From Gemmatimonadales bacterium (GTDB lineage: Bacteria > Gemmatimonadota > Gemmatimonadetes > Gemmatimonadales > GWC2-71-9), in NCBI GenBank assembly GCA_037189525.1, contig JBBCJC010000003.1, positions 657,314 through 721,313 on the forward strand: a stretch of DNA of 64,000 nt, written 5' to 3'. Position numbers and translations under genes: made by a program. The stretch's first letter is position 1. The number at the start of each line of letters is the position of its first letter. Shown here in pieces: positions 7,215 to 15,320 of this stretch. The notes under the pieces were generated by a model. The model saw nothing but the letters and a program-made list of their open reading frames with translations. It was not told the DNA's origin and ran no database searches.

Positions 7215-8474
7215 ATGGCAGGCACTGCTTCCGACCCTCATTCGCCCGGACCCATGGACGACTCTCTCTACTTCTCCGAACAGCACCAGCAGGTTCGCGA
7301 AATGGTGCGCGAATTTGCGCAGACGCACGTCGCGCCAGTGGCGCGGGAGCTCGACCGGACCTCGACCTTCCCCTGGGAAAACATCAAGCGGATGGGCGAA
7401 CTCGGCATGCTCGGCGTACCGTGGTCGGACGAGCTGGGCGGGGCAGGGCTCGATCAGATTGCCTACTATATCACCATTCATGAAATGGCCAAGGTCGATG
7501 CCTCGCACGGCCTGACCATCAGCGCCCATACCAACCTCGGCACCTCGCCCATCGTCGAATTCGGGACCCAGGAGCAGCGTGAGCGCTACGTCCCGCTGCT
7601 GGCCTCGGGCACGGTGTTGGGCGGCTTTGGTCTGACCGAGCCGGGTGCCGGAAGCGATGCCGGCGGCACCGCCACCACGGCGGAAGACAAGGGCGACCAC
7701 TTCCTCTTGAACGGTGCCAAGATCTTCATCACCCACGCCGGCGTCGGTGAAATCTTCTCCGTCACGGCGCGGACCGATCCGGGGCAGGGCCATCGCGGTA
7801 TCACCAGCTTCATCGTCACCAAGGACACCGTCGATCTCGAGCAGTGTCGCGCGCTCGGCGTGGGACATGCGCCGGATTTGCCGAAGATCGAAGGCGTCCG
7901 GGCCGGTAAGAAGGAAGACAAGATGGGATGGCGCGCGAGCGACACGCGCGAGTTGCACTTCGACAACGCCGTGATCCCCAAAGAGAATATGTTGGGCGAA
8001 CGGGGCAACGGATTCGTCAACTTCCTGAAGACACTCGACGCAGGACGGATCGGTATCGCCGCGCTGTCACTCGGCATTGCCGAAGGCGCCTATCAGGCCG
8101 CGCTCGAATACGCCGGTACGCGCAAGCAGTTCGGACGCTACATCGGAAGCTTCCAGGGGATCAGCTTCAAGCTGGCCGATATGGCCATGGAAATCGAAGC
8201 CGGCACCCATTTGCTCTATACCGCCGCACGCCTCAAGCAGGCCGGCAAGCCGTTCAAGAAGGAAGCGGCGATGGCCAAGCTGTTCTGCTCCGAACTGGCC
8301 ATGCGCGCCACCACCGAGGCCGTGCAGATCTTCGGCGGGTACGGCTACACCACGGAGTACCCGGTCGAACGGATGATGCGGGACGCCAAGGTCTGCGAGA
8401 TCGGCGAAGGTACCAGCGAGATCCAGCGCCTCGTGATTGCCCGTCACATTCTTGGAAAAGTCGTAGACGGCTGA
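7215..8474 (+). CDS. acyl-CoA dehydrogenase
   Basis: Motifs GFGLTEPGAGSDAGG, FITHAG, QIFGGYGY and CEIGEGTSEIQRLVIAR. ATG 7215 is preceded by aagag. The alternative ATG 7254 (MDDSLYFSEQHQQVREM...) fits family N-termini equally well. Confidence 0.9.
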   Translation: MAGTASDPHSPGPMDDSLYFSEQHQQVREMVREFAQTHVAPVARELDRTSTFPWENIKRMGELGMLGVPWSDELGGAGLDQIAYYITIHEMAKVDASHGLTISAHTNLGTSPIVEFGTQEQRERYVPLLASGTVLGGFGLTEPGAGSDAGGTATTAEDKGDHFLLNGAKIFITHAGVGEIFSVTARTDPGQGHRGITSFIVTKDTVDLEQCRALGVGHAPDLPKIEGVRAGKKEDKMGWRASDTRELHFDNAVIPKENMLGERGNGFVNFLKTLDAGRIGIAALSLGIAEGAYQAALEYAGTRKQFGRYIGSFQGISFKLADMAMEIEAGTHLLYTAARLKQAGKPFKKEAAMAKLFCSELAMRATTEAVQIFGGYGYTTEYPVERMMRDAKVCEIGEGTSEIQRLVIARHILGKVVDG

Positions 8475-8506
8475 TCGCTTCAACCTGAAACGTCAGGCTA
8501 TGAAAG

Positions 8507-8551
8507 ACGCCCCCCGGCTCGCACGTAAACCGGGGGGCGTCATATATTTAG
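8507..8551 (+). terminator. rho-independent terminator after the acyl-CoA dehydrogenase
   Basis: Perfect 12-bp stem gacgccccccgg (8507-8518) / ccggggggcgtc (8531-8542) with a 12-nt loop, followed by atatattta. Confidence 0.7.
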
Positions 8552-8958
8552 CTTTATGCGACGCGAGGCGGATCGTTATCTCACCTCCAGGCCCGGCCGG
8601 CTCTCGGCGGGGCTGATCGTCGCTCGCCTGTATCAATTGTTCCTGTGGTTCCTCCGGGTCCGAGTCGTCGATCGGGCCCGCGGCAGCTGGTCCCCGTTGC
8701 GTTTCGAGAACCCGACCGCTGGTCGGACCGAGGCTGAGCCGTCCGTGCTCGCTTGGGTCCGGCGGTGGAGTCGGCGTCTCGTCAACGGCTTGCTGCCCGG
8801 CTCGGCGCGGTCCCCTCGAGGGGACTTCCGCGCGACCGATCCCGGAAGACGTCTAAGCCCCCAAGCGGTTGCAGTCGGGGCATCCACCCTTGCCATCGCG
8901 ATCCCGTGGTCAGACCTGACGGATGACGGTCTTCCGCGGTTCGCAAAGGACCCTTCGC
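8552..8958 (+). promoter_or_regulatory. long structured leader upstream of the RNase E/G gene (candidate autoregulatory 5' UTR)
   Basis: About 400 nt lie between the terminator and the probable GTG 8959 start with no credible CDS. Several hairpins are present, e.g. the 16-nt palindrome gtcccctcgaggggac (8810-8825) and cttccg...cggaag (about 8825-8848). Confidence 0.35.
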
Positions 8959-10575
8959 GTGAAGCGCGAGATTCTCATCTCCAGTGGCCCCCGGGAGACC
9001 CGTGTGGCCATCCTCGAGGACGACCGGCTCGCCGAGCTGATGTTCGATCGTCCGGACCACCGCCGCATCGTCGGCGACATCTACCTGGGCCGAGTCGATG
9101 CGGTGCTCCCGGGTATCCAAGCCGCCTTCATCGACATCGGTTTGGAGAAGAGCGCCTTTCTCCATGCCTCGGATCTGCTCGAGCCTGACGAAGACGAAGA
9201 GCCGAGCGACAAGGACGACGCCGACGACATTCCCGATGTCGACGAGGCGCAGGCCGAGGACAACGGTCGCGCCCGGAACAACGGGAAAAACGGCGAACCG
9301 CGGCAGCGGGAGGCCGGTCGCAAGGCCGTTCCCGATATTGCCGAGATCCTGAAAAAGGGCCAGATCCTCCCGGTTCAGGTCACCAAGGAACCGATCAGCA
9401 CCAAGGGCTGCCGGGTCACCGCGCAGATCTCGCTGCCGGGCCGCTTCCTGGTGTACATGCCGTACGCCTCGCGGGTCGGGGTCAGTCGCAAGATCGAAAG
9501 CCGCGAGCAGCGCGCCAAGCTCAGGGAACTGGTGACCAGACTGCTGCCCGAAGATGCGGGCGGTATGATCGTGCGCACCGTCGCCGAAGGGGTCACCGAA
9601 GATCAGTTCGAGCGCGAGGTCGAATCGCTGCTCAACCAGTGGAAGAAGATCAAGCGGAAGCAGGGCTACGTCCGCAAGGCGCCGGCGTTGCTGCAGCGTG
9701 AAGCCAGCCTAACGCGCGGCCTGATTCGCGACGTGTTCTCCGACAAGGTCGACGGCCTCTGGATCGACTCCAAGGAGATCCACAAGGAAATCGAACAGTA
9801 CCTGGAGCAGGTCGATCCCGAATTGATGGGACGCGCCCGCCTCTACGCCGAGCCGGTGCCGCTTTTCGATAAGTTCGGCATCGAGGCCGAGATCAAGGGA
9901 CTCTTCAAGCCGCGGGTCGACCTGCCATCCGGTGGCTCGTTGGTGATCCAGCCGACCGAAGCGCTGGTGTCGATCGACGTCAATACCGGCCGGTACACCG
10001 GCAAGAAGGATCCCGAGAAGACCATCCTCAAGACCAACCTCGACGCCGCGCGCGAGATCGCCCGCCAGCTGCGCTTGCGCGATCTGGGCGGCATCATCGT
10101 CTGCGATTTCATCGATATGGAGTCGCGCGGCAACCGCGATCGTGTCCTGCAGGAGTTACGAACCCATCTCGGCCGCGACCGGGCCCGCACCAAGGCGCTC
10201 GCGGTGTCCGACCTGGGTCTGGTCGAGATGACCCGGCAGCGGGTCCGCGGCTCGCTCTGGTCGACCATGACGACCGAGTGCCACCAGTGCCACGGCACCG
10301 GTCGGGTCTTCACGCCGGAGGTGGTGAGCCGGCGGATCGAACGGTCGCTCAAGCGGGTGGCCAACGAGCAGCGTGAGCGGCAGATTCGGGTCCGGCTGCA
10401 TCCCGAGGTCGCGCTGTACCTGAAGGAAGAGGAGCCCAAGCTGGTGGCCGGGCTGACCCGCCTCCTGGGGGTCGAAATCGAGCTCCGGGACGATCCGACC
10501 GTGCATCAGGACGAGTTCCGGCTGGTCAGTCAGCCCGGGGGCAGGGATGTCACCGAGGTGTATGCCGTAGCCTGA
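8959..10575 (+). CDS. rng: ribonuclease E/G family endoribonuclease (RNase G-sized)
   Basis: S1 domain [34 protein letters not shown]. Catalytic region SIDVNTGRY and [11 protein letters not shown]. Zn-link [11 protein letters not shown] 8959 gives [19 protein letters not shown], matching family N-termini, with aagga 8 nt upstream. The track ORF starts at ATG 8923. Confidence 0.9.
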   Translation: MKREILISSGPRETRVAILEDDRLAELMFDRPDHRRIVGDIYLGRVDAVLPGIQAAFIDIGLEKSAFLHASDLLEPDEDEEPSDKDDADDIPDVDEAQAEDNGRARNNGKNGEPRQREAGRKAVPDIAEILKKGQILPVQVTKEPISTKGCRVTAQISLPGRFLVYMPYASRVGVSRKIESREQRAKLRELVTRLLPEDAGGMIVRTVAEGVTEDQFEREVESLLNQWKKIKRKQGYVRKAPALLQREASLTRGLIRDVFSDKVDGLWIDSKEIHKEIEQYLEQVDPELMGRARLYAEPVPLFDKFGIEAEIKGLFKPRVDLPSGGSLVIQPTEALVSIDVNTGRYTGKKDPEKTILKTNLDAAREIARQLRLRDLGGIIVCDFIDMESRGNRDRVLQELRTHLGRDRARTKALAVSDLGLVEMTRQRVRGSLWSTMTTECHQCHGTGRVFTPEVVSRRIERSLKRVANEQRERQIRVRLHPEVALYLKEEEPKLVAGLTRLLGVEIELRDDPTVHQDEFRLVSQPGGRDVTEVYAVA

Positions 10576-10584
10576 GTCTGGGGG

Positions 10585-10613
10585 GTTGCTCTATCCCGTT
10601 CGTCCTGATACAC
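10585..10613 (+). promoter_or_regulatory. candidate sigma70-type promoter for rplU-rpmA
   Basis: TTGCTC (10585-10590), 17-nt spacer, TACACT (10608-10613). It lies about 35 nt upstream of the rplU ATG. Confidence 0.3.
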
Positions 10614-10646
10614 TTAGGGGCTTTCTCATAACGTGGACCGTCGGCG

Positions 10647-10961
10647 ATGTACGTGATTTTCAAGGCCTTAGGCCATCAATTCAAGGCGCAGGAGGGCGAT
10701 ACCGTCCGCCTGCCTCTCATGGAAGCCGAGCCGGGCAGCAAGGTCACCTTCAACGAGGTGCTGCTGACGTCGGATGGCGATTCCGTCCAGGCCGGGACGC
10801 CCTTCGTGGCGAACGCGGCGGTCGAGGCGGAAGTCATCGGCCGGGCAAAGGGCGAGAAGATTTACGTCTTCAAGTTCAAGCGGCGGAAGAACTACCGCCG
10901 GAAGACGGGACATCGGCAGAAGTACACCGACGTGCGCATTACCGCCGTCAAGGTAGGCTGA
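10647..10961 (+). CDS. rplU: 50S ribosomal protein L21
   Basis: [20 protein letters not shown]...[28 protein letters not shown] is typical L21. Confidence 0.95.
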   Translation: MYVIFKALGHQFKAQEGDTVRLPLMEAEPGSKVTFNEVLLTSDGDSVQAGTPFVANAAVEAEVIGRAKGEKIYVFKFKRRKNYRRKTGHRQKYTDVRITAVKVG

Positions 10962-10963
10962 TC

Positions 10964-11227
10964 ATGGCACATAAAAAGGGCGCGGGCTCCTCGAGAAACG
11001 GGCGCACCGCCAATCCGAAGTTCTTGGGCGTCAAGCGGTTCGGGGGCGAGCAGGTGGTGGCTGGCAACATCATCCTCCGCCAGCGTGGCACCAAGTTCCA
11101 TCCCGGGAAGAACGTGCGCCGCGCCAACGACGACACGCTCTTTGCCGTGGCCGACGGTGTCGTGACGTTCGAGTGGAAGTCCAAGGGGAAGCAGCAGGTG
11201 TCGGTCTACCCGGCGCTCGCGAACTGA
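10964..11227 (+). CDS. rpmA: 50S ribosomal protein L27
   Basis: ATG 10964 lies 2 nt after the rplU stop. [31 protein letters not shown]...[12 protein letters not shown] is typical L27. Confidence 0.95.
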   Translation: MAHKKGAGSSRNGRTANPKFLGVKRFGGEQVVAGNIILRQRGTKFHPGKNVRRANDDTLFAVADGVVTFEWKSKGKQQVSVYPALAN

Positions 11228-11252
11228 ACCGTTCCTGCTCGGGCTTTGCCAA

Positions 11253-11284
11253 GGGGTGACCAAACGGTCACCCCTTTTCATTTT
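11253..11284 (+). terminator. rho-independent terminator after rpmA
   Basis: Stem ggggtgacc (11253-11261), loop aaac, stem ggtcacccc (11266-11274), followed by ttttcatttt. Confidence 0.8.
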
Positions 11285-11356
11285 GAAACCGCGCCGTACC
11301 TTCCTTCGTTGTTGGGGGCGGGGTTTGACGGTTTGGTATCGCCAAGGAGGCGTGAC

Positions 11357-11713
11357 ATGGCATCGGTGTTCGATCGATTTCGGACCGAGCTGGATCAGCT
11401 CGGCGACCGGGTAAAAGACGCGGTGGCGTCGAGCAAGCTGCACGTCGAGCGCTCGAGCCTCGTCGCCGTCCGCAGCAAGGTGGCGTACAAGCTCGGCATG
11501 CTGGTCTATCGCAAGGACCGCGGCGGAGAAGTCAATCAGGGCGAGATCGACGCGCTCTACGCGCAGATGGATGATGTCAGCGCGAAGATCGCCACGATCG
11601 ATCGCGAGCTCGACGGGTTGGATGACGACGGCGTCCGGGTCGACGAGCAGCCTGCGCCTGCCGCGGAGACGGCCGAAGCCGAAATCATCCCGCCGGATTC
11701 GCCACGCACCTAG
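11357..11713 (+). CDS. hypothetical acidic, probably coiled-coil protein (118 aa)
   Basis: ATG 11357 is preceded by the consensus SD aaggagg (11344-11350). MASVFDRFRTELDQLGDRVKDAVASSKLHVERSS...; acidic C-terminus. No family recognised. Confidence 0.55.
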   Translation: MASVFDRFRTELDQLGDRVKDAVASSKLHVERSSLVAVRSKVAYKLGMLVYRKDRGGEVNQGEIDALYAQMDDVSAKIATIDRELDGLDDDGVRVDEQPAPAAETAEAEIIPPDSPRT

Positions 11714-11741
11714 CGATTCGATTCGTCGGGGCAATGAGACT

Positions 11742-11778
11742 GCCTCCGGGCCGAGCGATATCTGCTCGGCCCGGAGGC
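11742..11778. terminator. bidirectional hairpin terminator between convergent genes
   Basis: Perfect 15-bp stem gcctccgggccgagc (11742-11756) / gctcggcccggaggc (11764-11778) with a 7-nt loop. Confidence 0.6.
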
Positions 11779-11785
11779 AACGTGT

Positions 11786-13888
11786 TTACTGGCCGGTCTG
11801 CCGGAACGACTGCAGGCGCGGCTGCAAGGCGTTGAGGGCGAGGTTGGGAGCACCCCCGTTGACGGAAACAGGGTCGCCGGCGTTGGTCACCATCAGGAAC
11901 GCGACGCCTGAATCGAGGAAGACCGAAGCCCGCGACCGGTTTCGGTTGTTGCTCCCATCGTGCGTGATGTACCGGTTGTTGGCGGCTTGCGAGGTAATGA
12001 CCTCCCAGCCGTAACCGTACGCCCTGTTGGCGGCGCTCGGCGTAGCAGCGCTCGTCAGTAGCCGCGCAGTCTGCTGGGGCATCAGGGTCGATTGGCCCGC
12101 ATCGGCCCGCATCACTTCCCGAATGAAGGTGCTCCAGTCGCCCAAGCTCATGTGTACTCTGCCCGAGCCTGATGCCCAGCTGTTGTCGCACGATTCGCAG
12201 ATTGCCCATCCGGCTCCACTGGGGCTGTGGCCGCTGGGCTGATTGGTCTGTCCGGCGCCGGTGGTAGGCCCGAATCCGCTGTTGGTAATGCCGAGTGGCG
12301 TCCAGACCTGGTTCTGGAGGGCGGGCTCGAATGAGGTGCCCCAGGCGCGTCCCAGAATTTCGCCCAGGATCTGGTACGCAATGTTGCTGTAGAAGTAGCT
12401 TCCGCGTGGAGCCTGGGGCGGCTGTTGAACCGCCCACTGATCGACGGCCGCGCGCTGCTGAGCGAGCGTACCGGAGAGGGCAATCGTCGGATTGCCGACG
12501 ATGCCCGATTGCATCGTCGCCAGATCGCGAATCGTGATTGGCTGGAGCTCGGCCCGTGCGAGCGGCGCAAGCTGCGGATAGCGGGTGACCATCAGATCAT
12601 CCCAGCCGAGCCGTCCGGCGGCAACCGTGACGCCGGCAAGGAATCCGGTCAGGTTCTTCGTGTTCGACCCGATGTGCCACTTGTCGGCCTGGGTGACCTG
12701 GAACTGGGTCCCCCAGCGCCGCACTCCGGCCACCCCGATGGCCAGCACTCCATGTTCGCGTGAAACGATGGTGGCGCCGAGTGCCGGCAGGTTGAATGCC
12801 GCGCGGAGTGAGTCGACGATGCGGGTCAGGTCGCCGGGGACGACACGGATGCGTGCCGTGGCGGATTTGCCTTCGCTGGTGGCGGTAATGGTGACGGCTC
12901 CGGGCACCAGACCGGTGACGACGCCGACATCACTGACCGATGCGATGGTTGGTGCGCTCGACAACCAGGTCACCGGGCGTCCCTCCAACGGTGATCCGCC
13001 TTCGTCGAGCGTCGCAACCGTCAGGGTTCGGGTTCGCAGATATTCGACGTCGGAGCTATCGGGAGTCAGCTGGACCGTGGCAACGGACGCCGCCGGCAGT
13101 TCCAGAATGGCGTACGTGCTGAACGACGAGGTCTGGCCGGTGACGGTGCGTTCCGTAATATCGACCGTACTTCCGGGGACCTCGGTCCATGCGGAATTCG
13201 TGTAGCGATGGAGCCGGAGTCGATTCGGATCCCTGCTGGCAACCGCAGCGGCACTGTACTGCAGCTTGATCGTCACCGGCTGCGTGAACGTGGTGCCCGA
13301 TGGTCCGAAGTCGTAGACCGTTTCGGCAACCAGGCGATCACTGGCTGGTGGCGTTGTCGTGCGCTTGATCGTGATGGTGGTCGACTGCCCGAGCGCTCCG
13401 GCCGGGACCGTGATCACTGCCGCGCCGGCCGCCGCCGTGACCGTGCCGCCTGCCGCCCCGATCGCGGCGCCGTCGAGCACCGTGACCGTCGCGTTCGCCG
13501 TTCGCCCCTCGGATGTCGCGGTGAGCTGGGTGGTTCCGGCGCCGACCGCCGTTACGAGCCCCGATGTGCCGACGGTGGCCACGGCGGCCGTCGTCGTTGC
13601 CCACGAAACGGTGCGCCCGGTCAAGGTGTTGCCCGCCGCATCGCGCGTCGTTGCGGTAAACTGGCGGGTTCCCCCAGGGACCAGCACCGTAGTATCAGGC
13701 GCAAGGACAACCGTTGCCACGGCCGCCGGCGGTGGGGGCGGGGGTGGAGGCGGCGGCGGGGGCGGAGGGGGCGTGGGCCCGGTTCCTCCTCCGCCGCATC
13801 CGGTCAGAATAGCGGCCGCAACGATGATCGTACCAAGAGCTGAGCAGGCCGTACGACGGCCATCGGTACACCGACCGCGATCACGCAT
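11786..13888 (-). CDS. lipoprotein with poly-Pro linker, two or more Ig-like (Big_2-type) domains and a C-terminal beta-lactamase-fold serine hydrolase domain
   Basis: ATG 13888 gives a lipobox AAAILTG|C, then 15 consecutive Pro. Big_2-like segments include GGTRQFTATTRDAAGNTL...LVTAVGAGTTQLTATSEG and VTGLVPGAVTITATSEGKSA. Hydrolase motifs are GSNTKN (SxxK), YSNIAY (YxN) and HDGSN. Confidence 0.8.
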   Translation of the reverse strand: MRDRGRCTDGRRTACSALGTIIVAAAILTGCGGGGTGPTPPPPPPPPPPPPPPPAAVATVVLAPDTTVLVPGGTRQFTATTRDAAGNTLTGRTVSWATTTAAVATVGTSGLVTAVGAGTTQLTATSEGRTANATVTVLDGAAIGAAGGTVTAAAGAAVITVPAGALGQSTTITIKRTTTPPASDRLVAETVYDFGPSGTTFTQPVTIKLQYSAAAVASRDPNRLRLHRYTNSAWTEVPGSTVDITERTVTGQTSSFSTYAILELPAASVATVQLTPDSSDVEYLRTRTLTVATLDEGGSPLEGRPVTWLSSAPTIASVSDVGVVTGLVPGAVTITATSEGKSATARIRVVPGDLTRIVDSLRAAFNLPALGATIVSREHGVLAIGVAGVRRWGTQFQVTQADKWHIGSNTKNLTGFLAGVTVAAGRLGWDDLMVTRYPQLAPLARAELQPITIRDLATMQSGIVGNPTIALSGTLAQQRAAVDQWAVQQPPQAPRGSYFYSNIAYQILGEILGRAWGTSFEPALQNQVWTPLGITNSGFGPTTGAGQTNQPSGHSPSGAGWAICESCDNSWASGSGRVHMSLGDWSTFIREVMRADAGQSTLMPQQTARLLTSAATPSAANRAYGYGWEVITSQAANNRYITHDGSNNRNRSRASVFLDSGVAFLMVTNAGDPVSVNGGAPNLALNALQPRLQSFRQTGQ
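13727..13771 (-). repeat. 15 consecutive proline codons; four G5 runs on the + strand
   Basis: Minus-strand codons are CCN x15. The + strand has GGGGG runs at 13734-13738, 13740-13744, 13758-13762 and 13767-13771. Confidence 0.9.
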
Positions 13889-14010
13889 GGCTGGAGCTAC
13901 CTCAGTGAAAGTGCCGCAGGCGAGCGGCGAGCGTCCGGCCCAAAGGCCACGCCGGAGAATGGAACGGGATCGACTATAAACGCGAAATCCGCGTGGAGAT
14001 TGGATCATCG

Positions 14011-14054
14011 GGAAACCAAACGGAGGGGCCTGAACCTGGTTCAGACCCCTCCGT
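14011..14054 (-). terminator. rho-independent terminator after the amidohydrolase pair (minus strand)
   Basis: Hairpin at 14020-14054: acggaggggcctgaacc / ggttcagacccctccgt, 17 bp with one mismatch. On the minus strand it is followed by tttggtttcc. Confidence 0.65.
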
Positions 14055-14078
14055 CGGTGCCCGAGCGTGCGGGGCGAA

Positions 14079-15320
14079 TTACCGGACTGGCGGCACCGTC
14101 ATGTAGCGGTCGCGCAGTTCATGTTCCCGGGTCCGGAGTGACGTCTCCTGCCCACGGATGAAGACCTTCTCGGCCGCCGACGACAACTCGAACGGATCGC
14201 CGGACCAGACGACGACATTGCCGACGCTTCCGATGGCCAGAGTGCCGTACTGCGGCAGGCCGAGCGCCTGAGCGGGAGCCTGCGTCACCGCCTTGAGGGC
14301 GTCATCCCACGAGAGACCGTTCCGGACGGCATTGCCGGCGGCAAAGCGAAGGCCGCGTTCGCCGCCCGGGTCGCTGCCGGCGATGATGACCGTGACGCCG
14401 GCCTCGCGAAGCAGCGTGATGTTATCGAGGCGCGCACCCAACCCGTCGAAGTTCGGGATGTCCTGGTTCGGGCCCACGATCACCGGAACCTTGGCCGTCG
14501 CAATCGCCTCGGCCACCTTCCAGCCTTCCACCGCACCAAGCAGCACGATGCGGAGCCGATGCTCGCGAGCGAGTCGGAGGGCGTTCTCGATGTCGATGCG
14601 GCGATTGGCCGCAATCACCACCGGGACTTCGCCGCGGAGCGCCGGAAGCAGCGCCGCGAGTTCGTCGACAGGTGCGCTAAAGGGCTGCGTCGCCGCCCGG
14701 TTGTACTCGAGCCGCCGGCGGCTGTATTCGAGCGCATCGCGGAAGAGTTCCTTGAGGCGCGCAATCGTTCCGGCCCGAACGCCGCCGCCGGCTGCGCGGC
14801 TGCCTCCGGTCAGATTGATCATCAGCGCGGACGGGGCTTTGACGATCATATCGTCGACCCGGCTTCCGGAGTAGTCGACCGCTACCGATACACCGGGCAG
14901 GAACGATCCGTTCGGCAGCAGGATGCCGGTGGTGATGCCGCCGGTCCGCGCCAGCGGAATCGAGATGGCCTCGGGATCGATACCCAGCGTCAGATCGAAC
15001 GACGGGTTGATCTGGCCTTGCTTGGTCGCCTCACCGAAGCCCTGGAGACCGCCGATACCGGTGCCGGCGGCCGCATCCGAATGAATCAGACCCGGAGTGA
15101 CCCACTTGCCGGCCGCGTCGACGACCGTCGCGCCTGCCGGGACGGCCGCATTGGCCCCCACGGCGGTGATGCGACCATTCGTGATGACGACGGTACCACG
15201 TTCGATCTTGGGACCGGACACCGGAAAGACGGTGCCGTTGGTGATGGCCACGGTCTGCGCGGCTGCCGTGCCCGACAGCGCCATCAGCGCGGCAAGCGAA
15301 AGCGTCGAACGGCGAATCAT
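14079..15320 (-). CDS. amidohydrolase-fold protein with signal peptide; canonical HxH metal motif replaced (IHSD)
   Basis: N-terminal signal MIRRSTLSLAALMALSGTAAAQ. It is a paralog of the upstream gene, but WVTPGLIHSDAAAG sits where the partner has FVTPGIIDTHSHIG. ATGA overlap with the upstream gene. Confidence 0.75.
   Translation of the reverse strand: MIRRSTLSLAALMALSGTAAAQTVAITNGTVFPVSGPKIERGTVVITNGRITAVGANAAVPAGATVVDAAGKWVTPGLIHSDAAAGTGIGGLQGFGEATKQGQINPSFDLTLGIDPEAISIPLARTGGITTGILLPNGSFLPGVSVAVDYSGSRVDDMIVKAPSALMINLTGGSRAAGGGVRAGTIARLKELFRDALEYSRRRLEYNRAATQPFSAPVDELAALLPALRGEVPVVIAANRRIDIENALRLAREHRLRIVLLGAVEGWKVAEAIATAKVPVIVGPNQDIPNFDGLGARLDNITLLREAGVTVIIAGSDPGGERGLRFAAGNAVRNGLSWDDALKAVTQAPAQALGLPQYGTLAIGSVGNVVVWSGDPFELSSAAEKVFIRGQETSLRTREHELRDRYMTVPPVR

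Noticed and set aside
8608-8640. ggggctgatcgtcgc..., which resembles the GGGGCUGA 5' end of tmRNA.
   Set aside because: The similarity stops after 8 nt. There is no UUCGAC-type continuation, no tag reading frame, and no tRNA-like 3' end (T-arm/ACCA) anywhere nearby.
8556-9188. A 210-aa + strand ORF filling the gap upstream of the RNase E/G gene.
   Set aside because: It is Arg/Pro/Ser-rich and low in complexity. It runs out of frame into the conserved S1 domain of the RNase gene and has no SD or recognisable motif. The region is better interpreted as a leader.
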